DNA of 64,000 bases from Octopus vulgaris (GCA_951406725.2 OX597828.1:59086001-59150000), one strand, 5' to 3'; positions 1 to 13,892 are shown, numbered from the stretch's first letter. Numbers and translations are program-made. The notes: generated by a model from the letters alone, not told the origin.

Positions 1-12
1 TGAGCTAATTTC

Positions 13-327
13 CAATTTATAATTTCAGTTGAGGCAATAGCAGCAGAAAACTTAGATCATATCAACGTTTTATACATATTTTTATATCTGTTTGTATATC
101 TATTTATGTATTTATATATCTATAATGCCAACGTATTTTTAAAAATATTTTTAAATATTAAATATTTATATGTTCATGTACTTGTGTGTTTTAGTGCTGT
201 ATTATCTGGAACTTTATATTGATTTATTAATGTCCAATGAAAGTGCACATATATATTGAATATTCTATTGGATAATAGGTCATATTCCTCTAGTTTTCTG
301 CTGCTATTGGCTCCATTGAAATCATAA

Positions 328-331
<4 letters not shown>
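13..331. repeat. Element with ~41-bp diverged terminal inverted repeats next to (TA)n
   Basis: 13-53 matches the reverse complement of 291-331. Confidence 0.55.
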
Positions 332-417
<86 letters not shown>

Positions 418-423
418 TGTATG

Positions 424-454
<31 letters not shown>

Positions 455-668
455 TAACAACAACAATTTAATAAATAAAACATATGCATACATACATACA
501 TATATGTACATACTTACATCTACATGTAAATATACAAGCATATATATATGAGTACAGGACACCACAAATAAACGTAGAACACAACGAGAAACGAAAACAT
601 AAAACCAAATAAGGAAACGGACTGTTTTTAACAATGAAAAAACAGAGTACAAGACAAACAACACAAGG

Positions 669-757
669 ACGCCAACCCTGAAGGGGAGCTGGGGCTTCGT
701 AGATGAATTCTCCTGGTTGACGACGGAGGGCATGACCCAGCCAACGCAGACGTCTCG
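669..757 (-). mobile_element. Short RTE RT fragment
   Basis: Reverse strand reads RRLRWLGHALRRQPGEFIYEA. Confidence 0.6.
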
Positions 758-1344
758 TTAGGATGACTCATGATTGCGAGATTGTGGGTTCAATCCACAG
801 ACTGGGCATTGCGTTGTGTTCTTGAGCAAAAGCACTTCATTTCACATTGCTCTTCTGTGATCATCTCGGTATCTGACATGTGGCACATGGTGCACCTGTA
901 CAGGTAACGTCGATTTGATGGAGGGAGTGAGCTGATGTTTACACAAACATTTGATCACTATAAACGAATCATGTGTGTGGTGGTTCAACAAGAAATTGCC
1001 GAACCCTCATACATCATCTAATGACAGGAGAGTCCATGATATTTATATGTATTGAGAAAAAGGAGGCAGTCAGAATTTAGGATAATTCTTTATTAGCACT
1101 TTCATTAACAAGACAGAATCAAAATGGTAAAAACAGAACGTTTCATTGTTCATCTATAGGAATCAGATGTGTTTTGGTTTGTTTTGAAGAGGAGAAAAAT
1201 ATTTTTGTATTTTTGGAAAAAGGAGAAAGAAAAGCAAAGAGGGGGGGTGTGTGAGAAAATAGAGAGATTTCAGGACAATCAAGAAAGAGGAAAAAAATAA
1301 AGGGTAGAGAAAGGATAAATAAAGAGACAATTAGATAGACAGAG

Positions 1345-1575
1345 AAAGAGAGAGAGGGGGTTCTTTTCAATCTGATGTAGTCAACCCATTGAAATTACAT
1401 TACAAAGCATTTTCCTTTGTTCCTTTTTTTTTTCACAAGGGCTTTTGTTTATTTACAAATATGTTGACAGGTAAAAAATGAGAAAGGAAAGAGGAGGAAG
1501 AAAAAGGAAAAAAGAAAGAAAGGAAAATGCTTTGTAATGAAATTTCAATGGGTTGACTACATCAGATTGAAAAGA

Positions 1576-1590
<15 letters not shown>
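1345..1590. repeat. Inverted repeat (~85-bp arms) abutting a (CT)n(TA)n microsatellite
   Basis: GGGTTCTTTTCAATCTGATGTAGTCAACCCATTGAAATT... is mirrored at ~1510-1580. Confidence 0.75.
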
Positions 1591-1649
<59 letters not shown>

Positions 1650-1923
1650 TGATGATGATGATATATATGAGGAGACCCTCTTCGGTCATGAATGACCATG
1701 GGATTGCACCTAGAAAGTTACCCTCCAAGGCACAAGTCTAAGGCAAGGTTGTTTGTGAAAGGCCAGCAGTCGCCCATGCATACCGACCTCCCCTCTCCAC
1801 ACCACTGATGTTATCCAAGGGAAAGGTAAGGGCCAATACAGTTTGGCACCAGTGACATTGCAACTCATTTCTACAGCTGAGTGAACTGGAGCAATGTGAA
1901 ATAAAGTGTCTTGCTCAAAAAAC

Positions 1924-2154
1924 ACAACACACAGCCCGGTCCATGAATCAAACTCACAACCTCACGATTGCAAGCTCGATGCCCTAACCACTGGGATTTT
2001 TTCAGTTTCTGTCTACCAAATCCACTCACTAGGTTTTGGTCAGCCCTAGTGAGTGGATTTGGTAGACAGAAACTGAAAAAATCCCAGTGGTTAGGGCATC
2101 GAGCTTGCAATCGTGAGGTTGTGAGTTCGATTCATGGACCGGGCTGTGTGTTGT
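1924..2154. repeat. Near-perfect 110-bp-arm palindrome built from SINE fragments
   Basis: Arms 1924-2033 / 2045-2154, 11-nt loop, single mismatch A1950/C2128. Confidence 0.9.
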
Positions 2155-3004
2155 AGACAGAAACTGGCACCTGTGCAGTGGCATGTAAAACTCCAATTAC
2201 ACTCTCTGAGTGGTTTGCGTTAGGAAGGGCATCCAGCCCTAGAAACCATGACTGACCAGTCTTGAGTCTGGTGCAGCCCCTCAGTTTACAATCTCTGGTC
2301 AAACCTGATGCATGCCAGCATGGACAATGGATGTTAAATGATGATGATGATGATGATGACATCATTGGAATCTCAAAGCTATGAGATAATGCATGATTAA
2401 TTCCAAATGATGTGAATAAATAAACATTATAATCTGAATGCTATAGGGTTAAATTGGAACATCTCTGCCTGGTCTCTTTCAATAGCAAAAATTCAATCAT
2501 TATAATAATCTAAGAAACAGACTTGGTCATTATAATTCCTAAGCTTGTGCATACAATAATTCTGGAATGCCAATTTCCTTTCGCTCTGCGTATCTTTGTT
2601 GCAGAATATTAGTGATAGAATTGTTGACATTTTCTAGTACTGAATTCCTTGTTGTTTTTATCAGCACTCCATATATGGCATTGCAGTCTTTCTGGAACTG
2701 GTAACATTATCAGGTCTCTGGATTGCGTCAGATATTTACTTACTATTTAGTGCAGTTAGTGAAACAGTTATTCTAATATCTGCTGACACGCCTCTCAAAT
2801 ATTGACATTACACTGAATCTCTTACAAACGACAAATACCACAAGAGACTTCATTAACATACTCCATTTAAAACTGTTAGTTTTACATTGTCATAGCTTCA
2901 CTTCTGTTTAAAAAGTGACACAACCTCTCTCCAAATTTTTCAGCTGTGTTGAGATATCGTAACTTATGGTATTTTCTATGGCCAATGTTTTTGAAAACCT
3001 CCAT

Positions 3005-3235
3005 ATATAAATGTGGACTATGGGCTATTGTATATGATATCATATACATGTGGATAGTGGGCAACTGTATATAAATATTATATACATACAGACAAGAGAA
3101 AATGTATTTGATATCATATACATGTGGACAGTGGGCAAGTATATATGATATTGTATACATGTAGTACGAGTAAGTGTATATAGTGTCATATGCAAGTGGA
3201 CTGTAGGAAAATGTATATATCATTATATATATATG
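3005..3235. repeat. Degenerate ~37-bp minisatellite, ~6 units
   Basis: ATATACATGTGGA.AGTGGGCAA..GTATAT recurring near 3012, 3049, 3123 and 3196. Confidence 0.6.
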
Positions 3236-3864
3236 CAGCACGGAATTTTGTCAGTGAACAGGTCGCGGTCTCAAAGCGATGAAAATCTTTTGACAAATTA
3301 AATTTAAATCAAGTGAATCTAACGGTTTTTGTGTGTTTCTTAAATGGCTTATAAACACCTTCCACGCTGCAATTGTTTTTGTTATATATTTATATATTTA
3401 TACATAAAGATCAATTAGAGTCATTTTGTGAAGGTTGCTGATCCTTGTGTCTATGAATATATCAGTATATGTATAAAGAGACATCATGTCAATTAATTTG
3501 ATGGGAAGTTGTTTTGCACTGTTTTTTATTGCTTGCAATTTGTACGTGAAAGTGATTTAAAGTCATGTTGTTGTATAGCCACTGGTCAACCTTGCTCTAG
3601 TAGACCAATCAATGTCTGGTAGTATTTCAGCCATGATGAGTTGGTTATGGCTAGTGTTCCAGACATGATCACCTCATCTGTTTCTCAAATATTGTATTTA
3701 GGGCCATGTTATTCTATGTGTTCTCCCTTTCTGAGACAATAGGTCATGAGGAAGATTTAACTTTTTTCAATACCAACCTGCCTGAAACTGGCTTCAGTTC
3801 AATGATACAAATTCCGTGTTAAAGTGATGCAAATTAAAGTCTTCCATCAGAATTTCATGTTAAT

Positions 3865-4087
3865 AGGTGGCGAGCTGGCAGAAGCGTTAGCACGTCGAAT
3901 GAAATGCTTAGCAGTTTTTCATCTGCCCGTTACGTTCTGAGTTCAAATTCCGCCAATGTCGACTTTGCCTTTCATCCTTTCAGGGTCGATAAATTAAGTA
4001 CCAGTTACACACTGGGGTCGGTGTAATCGACTTAATCCGTTTGTCTGTCCCTTCTGTGTGTAGCCCCTTGTGGGCAGTAAAGAAATA
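3865..4087 (+). mobile_element. tRNA-derived SINE with Meta/MESC-like core; other copies 26350-26582, 27588-27820, 29333-29560, 48607-48843, 50452-50686 (-) and 51270-51475 (+)
   Basis: A/B box-like head, core GCCTTTCATCCTTTCGGGGTCGATAAA..AGTACCAG, 16-bp TSD AGAATTTCATGTTAAT at 3849 and 4088. TSDs also flank the 26350, 48607 and 50452 copies. Confidence 0.85.
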
Positions 4088-4620
4088 AGAATTTCATGTT
4101 AATTTATATTCTAGACACCAGCTTAATAATAACAAAGTTATGTAATTAAATTGTTTTCAAAATTGATTGAAACAAAGGCAGGATATTTAAACATGAATCT
4201 GGTAACAAAAAGGTTAACTCTTCTTTCTGACATAAAGGATACTTTGTTGGTTCCATGTAGCCATGTTTATTGTGTACAAATGGACAAAGGTAGGATTGTG
4301 TCTCTTCTTACTTTCATAACATCCGTTGGATGGCATAAACACATTGATGAATTAGGTTAAGTGATGATGATTGTATTTATTCAAGTAGCTGTCATATACA
4401 AGAAGGAGCTGTTTTGTTGTTATTTGTTAGCCATTAAGTATTTGTTGTATTGTAGTAGATGTGGTTGGGGTGCTAAAAGTGAAGGAAACAAGTGTATTGT
4501 TTTGTTAAACTTAAAACTTTTTGTTCAGTTTTATATTAAAATGAATTTCCTTTGTTCATTCAACATTGAATAGGTTAGCACCAATTCGAGTGATTGTTAA
4601 GCTCCAACATCCTATTATAT

Positions 4621-4675
<55 letters not shown>

Positions 4676-4678
<3 letters not shown>

Positions 4679-5232
4679 AATTCCAAGAAAGTTAGAGGTT
4701 GTGAATCCAACCCACTAAGGGATAATATCTATCCAATATACTGCTGGTAGAATACCCAATTATTAATACGTGTTTTTATTGCATTGCAATTACATTACGG
4801 AGTGTAATAAATGAGTGAGGGTAAAGAGTTATTTTACCATTAATTTATAGAGCAATAAGAAGATGGAAGGGGATCAATAAGTGGTATTCATCAACTTTTA
4901 GACATTATATTATGTCTATTTATATGTTTACTAAAATGACAATTATAACAATATGAATACATGTATGACATATGCTTTACATATATAATATATAAAAATA
5001 TCAGTAATTATTAAAATATATAACATACAGGATCCCAATTCTATTCCTGTATGTTATATATTTTAATAATTACTGGTATCTTTATATATTATATATGTAA
5101 AGCATAATATGTTATACATGTATGTATATTGTTATAACTGCCGTTTTAGTAAATAAATAAATAAATCGACATAATATAATGTCTAAAAGTTGATGAACCA
5201 CCTATTATTGATCCCCTCCAATTTCTTATTGC
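4676..5232. repeat. (TA)n-embedded fold-back element with ~180-bp inverted arms (4852-5032 / 5045-5232)
   Basis: Direct reading of diverged reverse-complement arms around a ~12-nt loop. Confidence 0.75.
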
Positions 5233-5240
5233 ATATATAT

Positions 5241-5641
5241 TAGAGACAGGTATTCTCTGTATAGAATACACTTCGTAGTGCTCAAGAGATTTAAACTTGA
5301 GCAGGCAGAGGAGTAAATGTAAGGAAAAGCAAGTCGTGATACAAAAAATATTAAATACATTTAATACAAAAAATGTTCTTTTCCGTCATTAAACTCCATT
5401 CTGTCATCCCAAATGTATAATTCTTCTCTGAGATGGAGGCTGGTGTCTACTGATAATCGAATCAAGTTACAATCATTATTTTGGACCAGAAACAGCTGCC
5501 GGACTCATAAAACTCTTACTTAACCCCTTTAATTCCTGACATTATTTCTATTTTGTGTAAGTCAGACCTTCTTATATATAAACATATGTACATTTTTTGT
5601 ATATTGACTTGCCTAACTTGCTTGTCCTTACATCTATTCCT
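5241..5641 (+). mobile_element. Penelope-type short element with decayed hammerhead (5425-5503) and inverted ends
   Basis: TCT-CTGA(-)GA...CTGGT...ACCA-GAAA-CAGCTG-CC-GGA. 5309-5352 is an inverted match to 5590-5641. TA-flanked. Confidence 0.45.
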
Positions 5642-6206
5642 ATATATATATATATATATATCATCATCATCATCATCGTTTAGCGTCCGTTTTCCATGCT
5701 AGCATGGGTTATATATATATATCATCATCATCGTTTAATGTTTGCTTTCCATACTAGCATGGGTTGGACGATTTCACTGAGGACTGGTGAACCAGATGTC
5801 TGCACCAGGCTCCAATCTTGATCTGGCAGAGTTTCTACTGCTGGATGCCCTTCCTAACGCCAACCACTCCAAGAGTGTAGTGGGTGCTTTTACGTGCCAC
5901 CGGCACGAGGGCCGGTCAGGCAGTATTGGCCAATCTCAAATGGTGTTTTTTTACATGCCACCTGCACAGGAGCCAGTCCAGCAGCACTGGCACCGATCAT
6001 GCTCGAATGGTGCTTTTTACATGCCACTGGCACGGAAGCCAGTTAGCTGTTTAGTTTTTTAACTGAGTAAGTATCAGCCTTGTTTTCCTTTTTTGACTGT
6101 AGAAGCCAGTGGTCTGTGCTTAGATGGCATGAATTCTTTAGGATACCAATGTTTAGTGTTTCAAATGAGAGTAATATTTCCATCTTGTGTTTTTTTGTCT
6201 TTGTAG

Positions 6207-6315
6207 AATGTCTTTCACTGATGACTGGTTTGAAGAAAACATTCTGATTAAATGGAATAATATCCTGGAAAAACAAGAATACATTGAGTTTCTGTTGCAG
6301 AAAATTTATCTGAAG
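6207..6315 (+). CDS. Tudor-domain protein, coding exon 1 (ATG at 6208; MSFTDDWFEENILIKWNNILEKQEYIEFLLQKIYLK)
   Basis: Pyrimidine tract + tag acceptor at 6205-6206, AAG|gtaact donor. Ends phase 0, matching the next exon. Confidence 0.7.
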
Positions 6316-6529
6316 GTAACTCGTACACAATCATGCATGCCTGTACACACATGCATGCACGTACGCAAGCATGCACAGATTGAGAGAGAAGAGAGTGAAG
6401 GAGTGAGAGAGAAGTAGAGAGAGAGAATGGAAGAGAGAAAGAGAGAGAAAGGAATTTTCACTAGTTCCCTCCAAGTCTGAAATATCTTGTGACACTCCAC
6501 AAAAGTAAAAATACCCATTAGCTGCTTAA

Positions 6530-6750
6530 CCCCTCCGTTACCAACCCGGCTGAAACTGGCTCTGGCTCTTTAATATACATGTCTTGTTTCCATAAGTTTT
6601 GAATTAAAATCTTCCACCAAACCTTAATCTCAATTTATGTTCCTAACACTAGTTGAATGATAACAAAGTTATTTTATTAAATTCTTTGTTATATTTAAAG
6701 TAACTGAAAGAAACACAGAGCATCTCAAAATAAATAGAGTAACGAAAGGG
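6530..6750. mobile_element. piggyBac-like MITE
   Basis: TTAA-CCC...GGG-TTAA, closely similar to 46598-46811. Confidence 0.85.
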
Positions 6751-9370
6751 TTAACCCTTTCACTACCAACCCACTCGAGATTGCCTTGCCCTGGATACAA
6801 GCTTCCTGTTTTAACCCTTTATCTTTCACATTTTTGTGCCAAAATTAATGCTTTTTTATTCACATTGTTTTGAATTAATCATGCATTATGTTGTTGCTAT
6901 GCAATTTTGATGAGGTAACTGTTAAGTTTTAGAATGATATTGTAGGGTTGGTGTCAGAGGACAGATCTGGCCAGTTTGAGCATAAAACAAACAGAATACT
7001 TCGGCTGGATATGTTAAAATAACATAAAATCTCCCATCAGAATTTTATTGTAATTTTTGCTCCAAGCATCAACTTACTAACATCCTTTTCTTTTCTAGGC
7101 ACAAGGCCTGAAAATTTGGGGAAGGGGGCCAGTTGATTAGATCGACCCCAGTACACGACTGGTACTTAATTTATCGACCCCGAAGGGATGAAAGGCAGTT
7201 GACCTCAGCGGAATTTGAACTCAGAACGTAAAGACAGACGAAATACCGCTAACGTTTCTGCCAGCTTGTCACCTTCAACTTATTATCATCATCATTTAAC
7301 ATCCACTTTCCATACTGGAATGGGTTGGCCAGGGAGCTGCACCAGGTTCCAATCTGATTTGGCATGGTTTCTACAGCTGGATGCCCTTCCTAGCATCAAC
7401 TACTCCAAGAGTGTAATGGGTGCTTTTAAATGCCATTGACATGATGCTGGCAATGGCCATGACTTCAACTCTCATTTTACTTGGTTTGACAAGTCTTCTT
7501 AGCACTGCATCACCAAAGGTCTCACTCACTCGTCATTACTTCTATGAGGCCCAAAATTTGAAAGATCATGCTGCTGGCAGCAGCCACGACTATGCTTTCA
7601 TGGGACTCATTTACATGCCACTCACATCCCGTGTCTTCTTGGGTCTACCTCTTCTACAAGTTTCATTGTTATTTTTTATTAAATTTTTCATTATTTTAAA
7701 AATTAACAGAAATGAAGTCAATGTATTTTTATGAGAAATATGAGAATGAAACGGTTATGGTTGAGTAAAGGAAGGTTTACTGGATCTTGTAGAGAATTAA
7801 ACCTGTCAGTTATCATCACCACCACCACCACCACCACCTTCTTCTTCTTCTTCTTCTTCTTCTTCTTTCCATGCTAGCATGGGTAAAGTGGTTTGATTGG
7901 AGCTGGTATACTGGAGAGCAAAACTAAGTTCCAGTCTGTTTTCTCTCTTCGTCTCTATGGTTGAATGTCCTTCCTAATGAAAAACCACTTCACAGAGTAT
8001 ACTGGGTGCCTCTTATGTGCCACTGGCTTGGGTGTCCTCTACAATCAATGGCACAGCCGCCTTCATGACTACAATTTCACATGGCTTGACATGTCTTCTC
8101 AAGCACAGCAAACTGCCATAGATTTCAGTCTCTTGTCATTGTCTCCATGACACTCCTTTATATCTGTATATATATATAAACCTGAAGAAGGAACAAGGAA
8201 CATGTATTCAGTGTTCAAATTTGCCTTTCTTTTGGTCAGATTAATTTACTCTTTTTCTTAAATACATCCTGTCTTATTTTGTAAATTGCCCCAATCAATT
8301 GCTTAGCTACTTTTTCTTATCTTCCATTCCTACTAACCCCAAATGTAAATAAGTTTTATACCTCTTATCCCACTGCTGTCATTCTTCTTACGGTCTGGAA
8401 TTACAATTCATTGTTTTTTTTTGCCATTTCTCTTGATGGTATTTTCCTGCTACTATTGATAATGTCAGTGGTGGTGGTATATTCCTCAACACATATATTA
8501 TTACTGCTAGAATCCCTAACACAACAATCATTAACCTATTACTGCTGCTGCTGCTGCTATTACTACTACTAACTAACTAACTAATTAGCAAACCTTTCTG
8601 CTATTGGCACAAAGCCTGAAATTTTTGGGAAGAGTGCTTGTCAATTACATTGACCCCCCCCCACCCACCCCCCAATGTTCAAATGGTACTTATTTTATTA
8701 ACCTCAAATGTTCTGAGTTCAAATTTCACCAAGGTTGACTTTGCCTTTCATTCTTTCGGGGGTCAATAAAATAAGTACCAGTTGTGCACTGGGGTTGGTG
8801 TAATCAATTCCCCACCCGCAGCACCACCACCAAAAAACAATTGCTGGCTTTGTGCTAAAATTTGAAACCAAAATTAATATTAAATGCGGAGTGTAATCTA
8901 ACTGATTCCACCCCTCTGTCCACCCTCTGTCCGAGTGCCTGTCTTTGTGCTTATGTTAGAAATTATCTTTGTTATCCTGTCTCTTGTGTTTTGAGTTCAA
9001 ATCAGACCAGGATCGATTGGCTTTTGTGGGAGTCAGCAAAATCACTACCAGTTATGTACACTGTGTGTGTGTGTGTGTGTGTGAGTGTGCTTGTGTTTAT
9101 GCATGTATGCGTGTGTGTGTATGTATCTGTTAAATATTTGTGTTCTTGTGATAATGTTAGAAATCACTAATGTTGTAAACACACCAATTGTTATATTCAT
9201 CAGTAGCACTGGTAATGCCCTAATTTGGTCAAAAGTTAATCCTCTAACTTTAGGTAATCATGCAAAATGAATGATTAATCCCTTCTTGTAATTTATAATA
9301 CTTTATTTCAAACATTTTTCATATTGTTTTTTTTTCTATTGTTTTATTTGTTTTCTTTTTCTTTTCGAAG

Positions 9371-9482
9371 AATCCTGGGGACAATCCATCAGCTTCCACA
9401 AGTATTTATAAAGAAGTTTTAAGCAATCTAGATGGATGTTACAATTGCCTTGTTGCTGTTATTAAGGTTTTGAAAAATTCAG
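9371..9482 (+). CDS. Tudor-domain protein, exon 2 (NPGDNPSASTSIYKEVLSNLDGCYNCLVAVIKVLKNS)
   Basis: Long T-rich tract + aag acceptor, CAG|gtgaga donor, open frame, phase 0 to 1. Confidence 0.75.
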
Positions 9483-11369
9483 GTGAGAATTTTGAATAAG
9501 AAAATAATTTATTTTCTTGCCAGATTTTCTTTTTGTATTTTTAAAAGAATGGAAAAGATGATGTTTCCATACATTTGGACATTTTCTTGTTTATCTAAAA
9601 GTGTGTTCAGTTTTCTGTCCCTCATCATCATCGTTTAATGTCCATTTTCTTGCTGGCATCAGTTGGCCAGCTGCAGAGATGCTGCTCAGGCTCCCTGTCT
9701 GTCTGTTTTGGAAATGGTTTCTTTGGCTGCACACCTTTCCTAATGCCAACCACTTTACAGAGTGTACTGAGTACTTTTATGTAGCACTGGCATGGGTACT
9801 TTTTGCGTAGCACCAGTGCCCATGAGTCCAGAAGAAGGATGTAGAGGAGATGCCTGTATGCAATGACAACCACATTTTTACTTAGCTTGTGATGTCTTAG
9901 AAGTCTCAGTCCTTTGTCATTCTTTCCCACCAAGATCTTAGGATCTCCCTCAATACATAAACTAACCTCTCATTACTTGGCAGAAAACCCAGCTCCCTCA
10001 ATACTACTCCCCACTCAGTTGAGGGGAGGGGGGGCCTTCTCTTGCAAATTACTTAGTAGCCTCACTGCTGCTGGTGCTTTGTAAAAAGCACCTGATACAT
10101 TCTGTAAAATGGTTAGCATTAGGAAAGGTATCCAAATGTAGAAACCAGGCCAATGCAGACAGTAGCATTTGGCGCAATCTTCTGACTTGCCAGCTCCAGT
10201 CAAGATGATGTCCAAACCTAGACAGCAGCACATAGAATCATTGCTTTTACAATAAGTAATGCATCTTATTCTCTTGCCATATACTATTGGGCATTCACCT
10301 AAATTTGGTAATGCTTTATATATGCCTGTTCTTACTGAAAAAATATTTTAATAGTTATTGTATATTTTGCAGATGTGAGTTGATGATATTCATTGTTCTT
10401 TTGCCTGTCTACATCCTCTCTTTTAGTTGTAATAATTGTCAGTTTGGTTTGTCCCAACTCTGCCTTACTATCTCTTCTACTATTTCTACATAGATATCAG
10501 CATTTTGAAATGTATTTGGCCTGTTGTAGAATGGATATAGAGATGCAAAATCCATCTGACTCATGCAAACATGGAAAAATAGACGTTAAAACAATGATGA
10601 TGATTTTTATTTTGTCTTTTACTTGTTTCAGTCATTAGACCATGCCCATGCTGGAGCACTGCTTTGAAGGATTTAGTTGAACAAATTGGCACCAATACAT
10701 ATATTTTTTGCTAAGCTTGGTACTTATTCTATAGGTCATTTTTAGCTGAACCACTAAATTATAGGGATGTAAACAAACCATCACCACTGTCAAGTAGTGG
10801 TGGGGGACAAACGCATGCACAGAAACAAACGCACAATATACATATAGGCACACAAACAGAGATACATGCACGCATGTGCTCACACACACACACACACACG
10901 CACATATTAATACAGGCTTCCTTCTATTTCCATCTACCATATCTACTCACAAGGCTACGGTTGGCCTGAGGCTATAGAAAACATTTGCCCAAGGTACCAT
11001 GCAGCTGTACTGAACCTGGAACCATGTGATTGGGAAGCAAGGTGCTTACTACACAACCATATGAAGATGAAGATGAAGATGATGATGATGACAATCCACT
11101 TTAGACTTTCTGACTTTGTGGCATCACATAGAACTATTTCGCTTTTTGTATTTGGTTTGCAAGATTGTTAACGTAAACTTGTTATGTTGAAACAGATTTT
11201 GTTGTAATATTTATCCCCACATAAAAATGTGGATGTTCTGTTAGAACAAATTATACTCCAGTAGATACTCTATTGGTTTTGTCTGGTGGAATTTGCAGTG
11301 CCTGTGACCTTTGTTGCTGTTGGTTACCCTTTGGTCATCTCTAACTGAGCTGACTATGACTACTCTCTC

Positions 11370-11738
11370 TTTTTTACTTGTTTCAGTCATGTGACTGTGG
11401 CCATGCTGGAGCACCGCCTTTAGTCGAGCAAATCGACCCCAGGACTTATTCTTTGGAAGCCTAGTACTTATTCTATCGGTCTCTTTTGCCGAACCGCTAA
11501 GTTACAGGGACGTAAACACACCAGCATCAGTTGTCAAGCGATGTTGGGGGATAGACACACACACACACACACATATGCATATATACGACGGGCTTCTTTC
11601 AGTTTCCATCTACCAAATCCACTCGCAAGGCTTTGGTTGGCCCGAGGCTATAGTAGAAGACACTTGCCCAAGGTGCCATGCAGTGGGACTGAACCCGGAA
11701 CCATGTGGTTGGTAAGCAAGCTACTTACCACACAGCCT
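11370..11738 (-). mobile_element. CORE-like tRNA SINE with internal (TA)/(TG) microsatellite; other copies ~10615-11060, 26821-27320, 28290-28685, 37393-37935, 38655-39005 (-) and 19890-20810, 34330-36430 (+, interrupted)
   Basis: Head GTGGCTGTGTGGTAAG...GGTTCAGTCCC, core GCACCTTGGGCAAGTGTCTT, tail CAAGTAAAAGAG, repeated many times in the window. Confidence 0.85.
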
Positions 11739-13322
11739 CACCATCATCTTCTTTCTAAGTATCAGGGACTACTTTGTTTCATGTTCTTGCTATTTCTGGA
11801 ACAGGAGAGTATGATTTGAAAGCGATTTAGCTATTACTTCCAGCAAGTTGAATGACTGTGCAGAGGTCTCCTGTTGCCTTGTATAAGCCTAATATGAAGA
11901 ACAACGGAATTCATACTTATGTTCCTTTTCCTTGCTCACATAGATTAATGTTTATAGCGGGATATCTACTTTCTGTTTATATGCTATTTCATTTATTTAT
12001 ATAAAGTAAGCATTGTATGCTGTAAACACACGGACTTCATGCATTGGCTCATACACTTGTGTATCTGAAAAGAGCTGCATATACATATGCATACACATAT
12101 TTTCCGTTTACACAAGAATTAACTGAGAATTTCTGAAAAAAAATTTGATTGGAAATACTCCAGTTTGTTTCGGCTTAACAGCATGAAATTCAACCTCGAT
12201 TATGACTGTGAAAATATGAGTAATATATTTTTTAATGTTGGTTGATGAAATAATCAATAGTCATGAGGGGTCCACGGTTGTGTTTTTCTATTGGTTTTGT
12301 CTGGTGGAATTCAAAGTGCCTGTGACCTTTGCAGATCCTCCAAGACTGCTACAGAATGGTTAATGTCTCTCTTAAACTGTTGCAAGTTGACAGCAGCAGA
12401 AAAAAAACAAAAAAACATGGGAAAGGAGAGAAATTCCATTGTTCTAATGTTTCTGGGTGAAATGACTGGGTGAGGGTGTTCATGTAGGTCATGGATGGGA
12501 TGAATAGAATGTGGGGGAAGAGTGGGTTGGGGGAAGTAGTATGAGAACAGCTGGTTCCAAAGACTTTCAATCACTGTTGTAATGGCAGAAAAAGGCTGAG
12601 TAATGAGACCAGACATATGTGGGTCAGAGACTGGAGTGCGTTGGTATATAACTGGAGTGCGTTGGTATATAACTTGATGCCTTTTATTAGGATAGGGTCT
12701 AGGATGTCATGGTATGTGTAGCAGCAGTAGCAGCAGCATCTCAATATCTCATATATGAGAGGAGTGTTACATTGTGTAGATGCTTAGTAGTTGTTGGTGT
12801 CTGAAGTGTTTTGTGGATTTTTTGAAAAGGAAGGCCATTGTTTGTCTGTAGTTTTTGCTGCGTTGAGGATGTGCGATTACAACTAGAGATCTTCAGTCAT
12901 GGTGAGGCTCGAGTATTTACAGCAACCTTGAGGGTTCTAGTTGCAAGTTGTGTTTTTTTCATTTGTAGAAAAACGGTTGATTTATTGCTTTCTTGATATC
13001 TGTAGTAATTATGTTTTTATATTGTTGAAGGAGCCGAGATTGGCAATGAAACATTGTAGTGTTTTCAAGGCTTTTGTTCATTAGTCAGTACATGATTGGC
13101 ATGAAGTGTCTAGGCTGAAAGTGGATTACACTTGGGTTTGGCAGGTTCAGCTGAAAAAGGTGAGGTGGGCATTGTCAATAGCAAGGAAGTTGTTGGTGTA
13201 TATAAAAATAAGCAAAGTTAAGGTTAGTTCAAATATGTTTGTGACATATTTCAACTATTAAAAGGAAAATTTATTACAGTTACCATTGAAAAAATTTTTT
13301 TTATGATGGACTAATATTTCAG

Positions 13323-13360
<38 letters not shown>

Positions 13361-13363
<3 letters not shown>

Positions 13364-13658
13364 GGTAAGATACATATATATTGGTAAAAACGGTAAGATA
13401 ACAAAAGAAAGAAAAGACCTCAATATTATGTAAATAGAGGAATTTATCTGTAAATATAATATGTGACAATTATTCGGTAGCCAAGATAAAACTCTAAGTT
13501 TCGGATGCTGAGGTGGAAATCCACACCACCATCTCTTCCGGCCATTGGAAAAATGTGATGATTTCCAAAGAGATGGTGGTGTGGATTTCCACCTCGGCAT
13601 CCAAAACTCAGTTTTATCTTGCCTACCGAATAATTGTCACATATTATATTTACAGATA
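13361..13658. repeat. (TA)n-embedded fold-back element (arms 13445-13537 / 13568-13658) with degenerate hammerhead-like motif
   Basis: ~92-bp inverted arms. The - strand reads CCGGAAGA-GATG...CATC-C-GAAA-CTTAGAGT. Confidence 0.7.
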
Positions 13659-13678
13659 TATATATATATATACATATA

Positions 13679-13892
13679 ATTTTAAAATAGGATAAAATCT
13701 TTTTAAGAATTTATCAAAAACCTCATAAGGGAAAAATCCATCAATTTTTCTCTTAAATATATTTATTTATATTGAGCGCATTACTATACATAAATCTGTA
13801 CATAAATGCCATATGCTAGGAGGGACTCTTAAAGACTTTAAGAGTGCCCCCTAGCATGTGACATTTATGTATAGTAATGCCCTCAATATAAA
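13679..13892. repeat. (TA)n-embedded fold-back element (arms ~13766-13834 / 13836-13892)
   Basis: Hairpin centred on CTTAAAG-A-CTTTAAG. Confidence 0.65.

Noticed and set aside
2510-3004. Possible - strand coding exons (FQKDCNAIYGVLIK..., MEVFKNIGHRK...)
   Set aside because: No consistent splice phases or recognisable motif, so it cannot be distinguished from chance open frames.
8181-8240. Further hammerhead-like remnants (CTGAAGAAGG at 8182; GAAACGTT on - strand near 1140; 31600 region)
   Set aside because: Only half of the core is present and stems cannot be closed.
10361-10380. ttttgcag-AT-gtgagt: possible 2-nt microexon or recursive splice site
   Set aside because: Exons 2 and 3 already join in phase, inclusion would frameshift, and there is no other support.
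12630-12674. 21-bp tandem duplication (also 16-bp x4 at 39883-39943 and small hairpins at 43514-43546 and 44646-44687)
   Set aside because: Ordinary slippage or short-IR events with no evidence of function.
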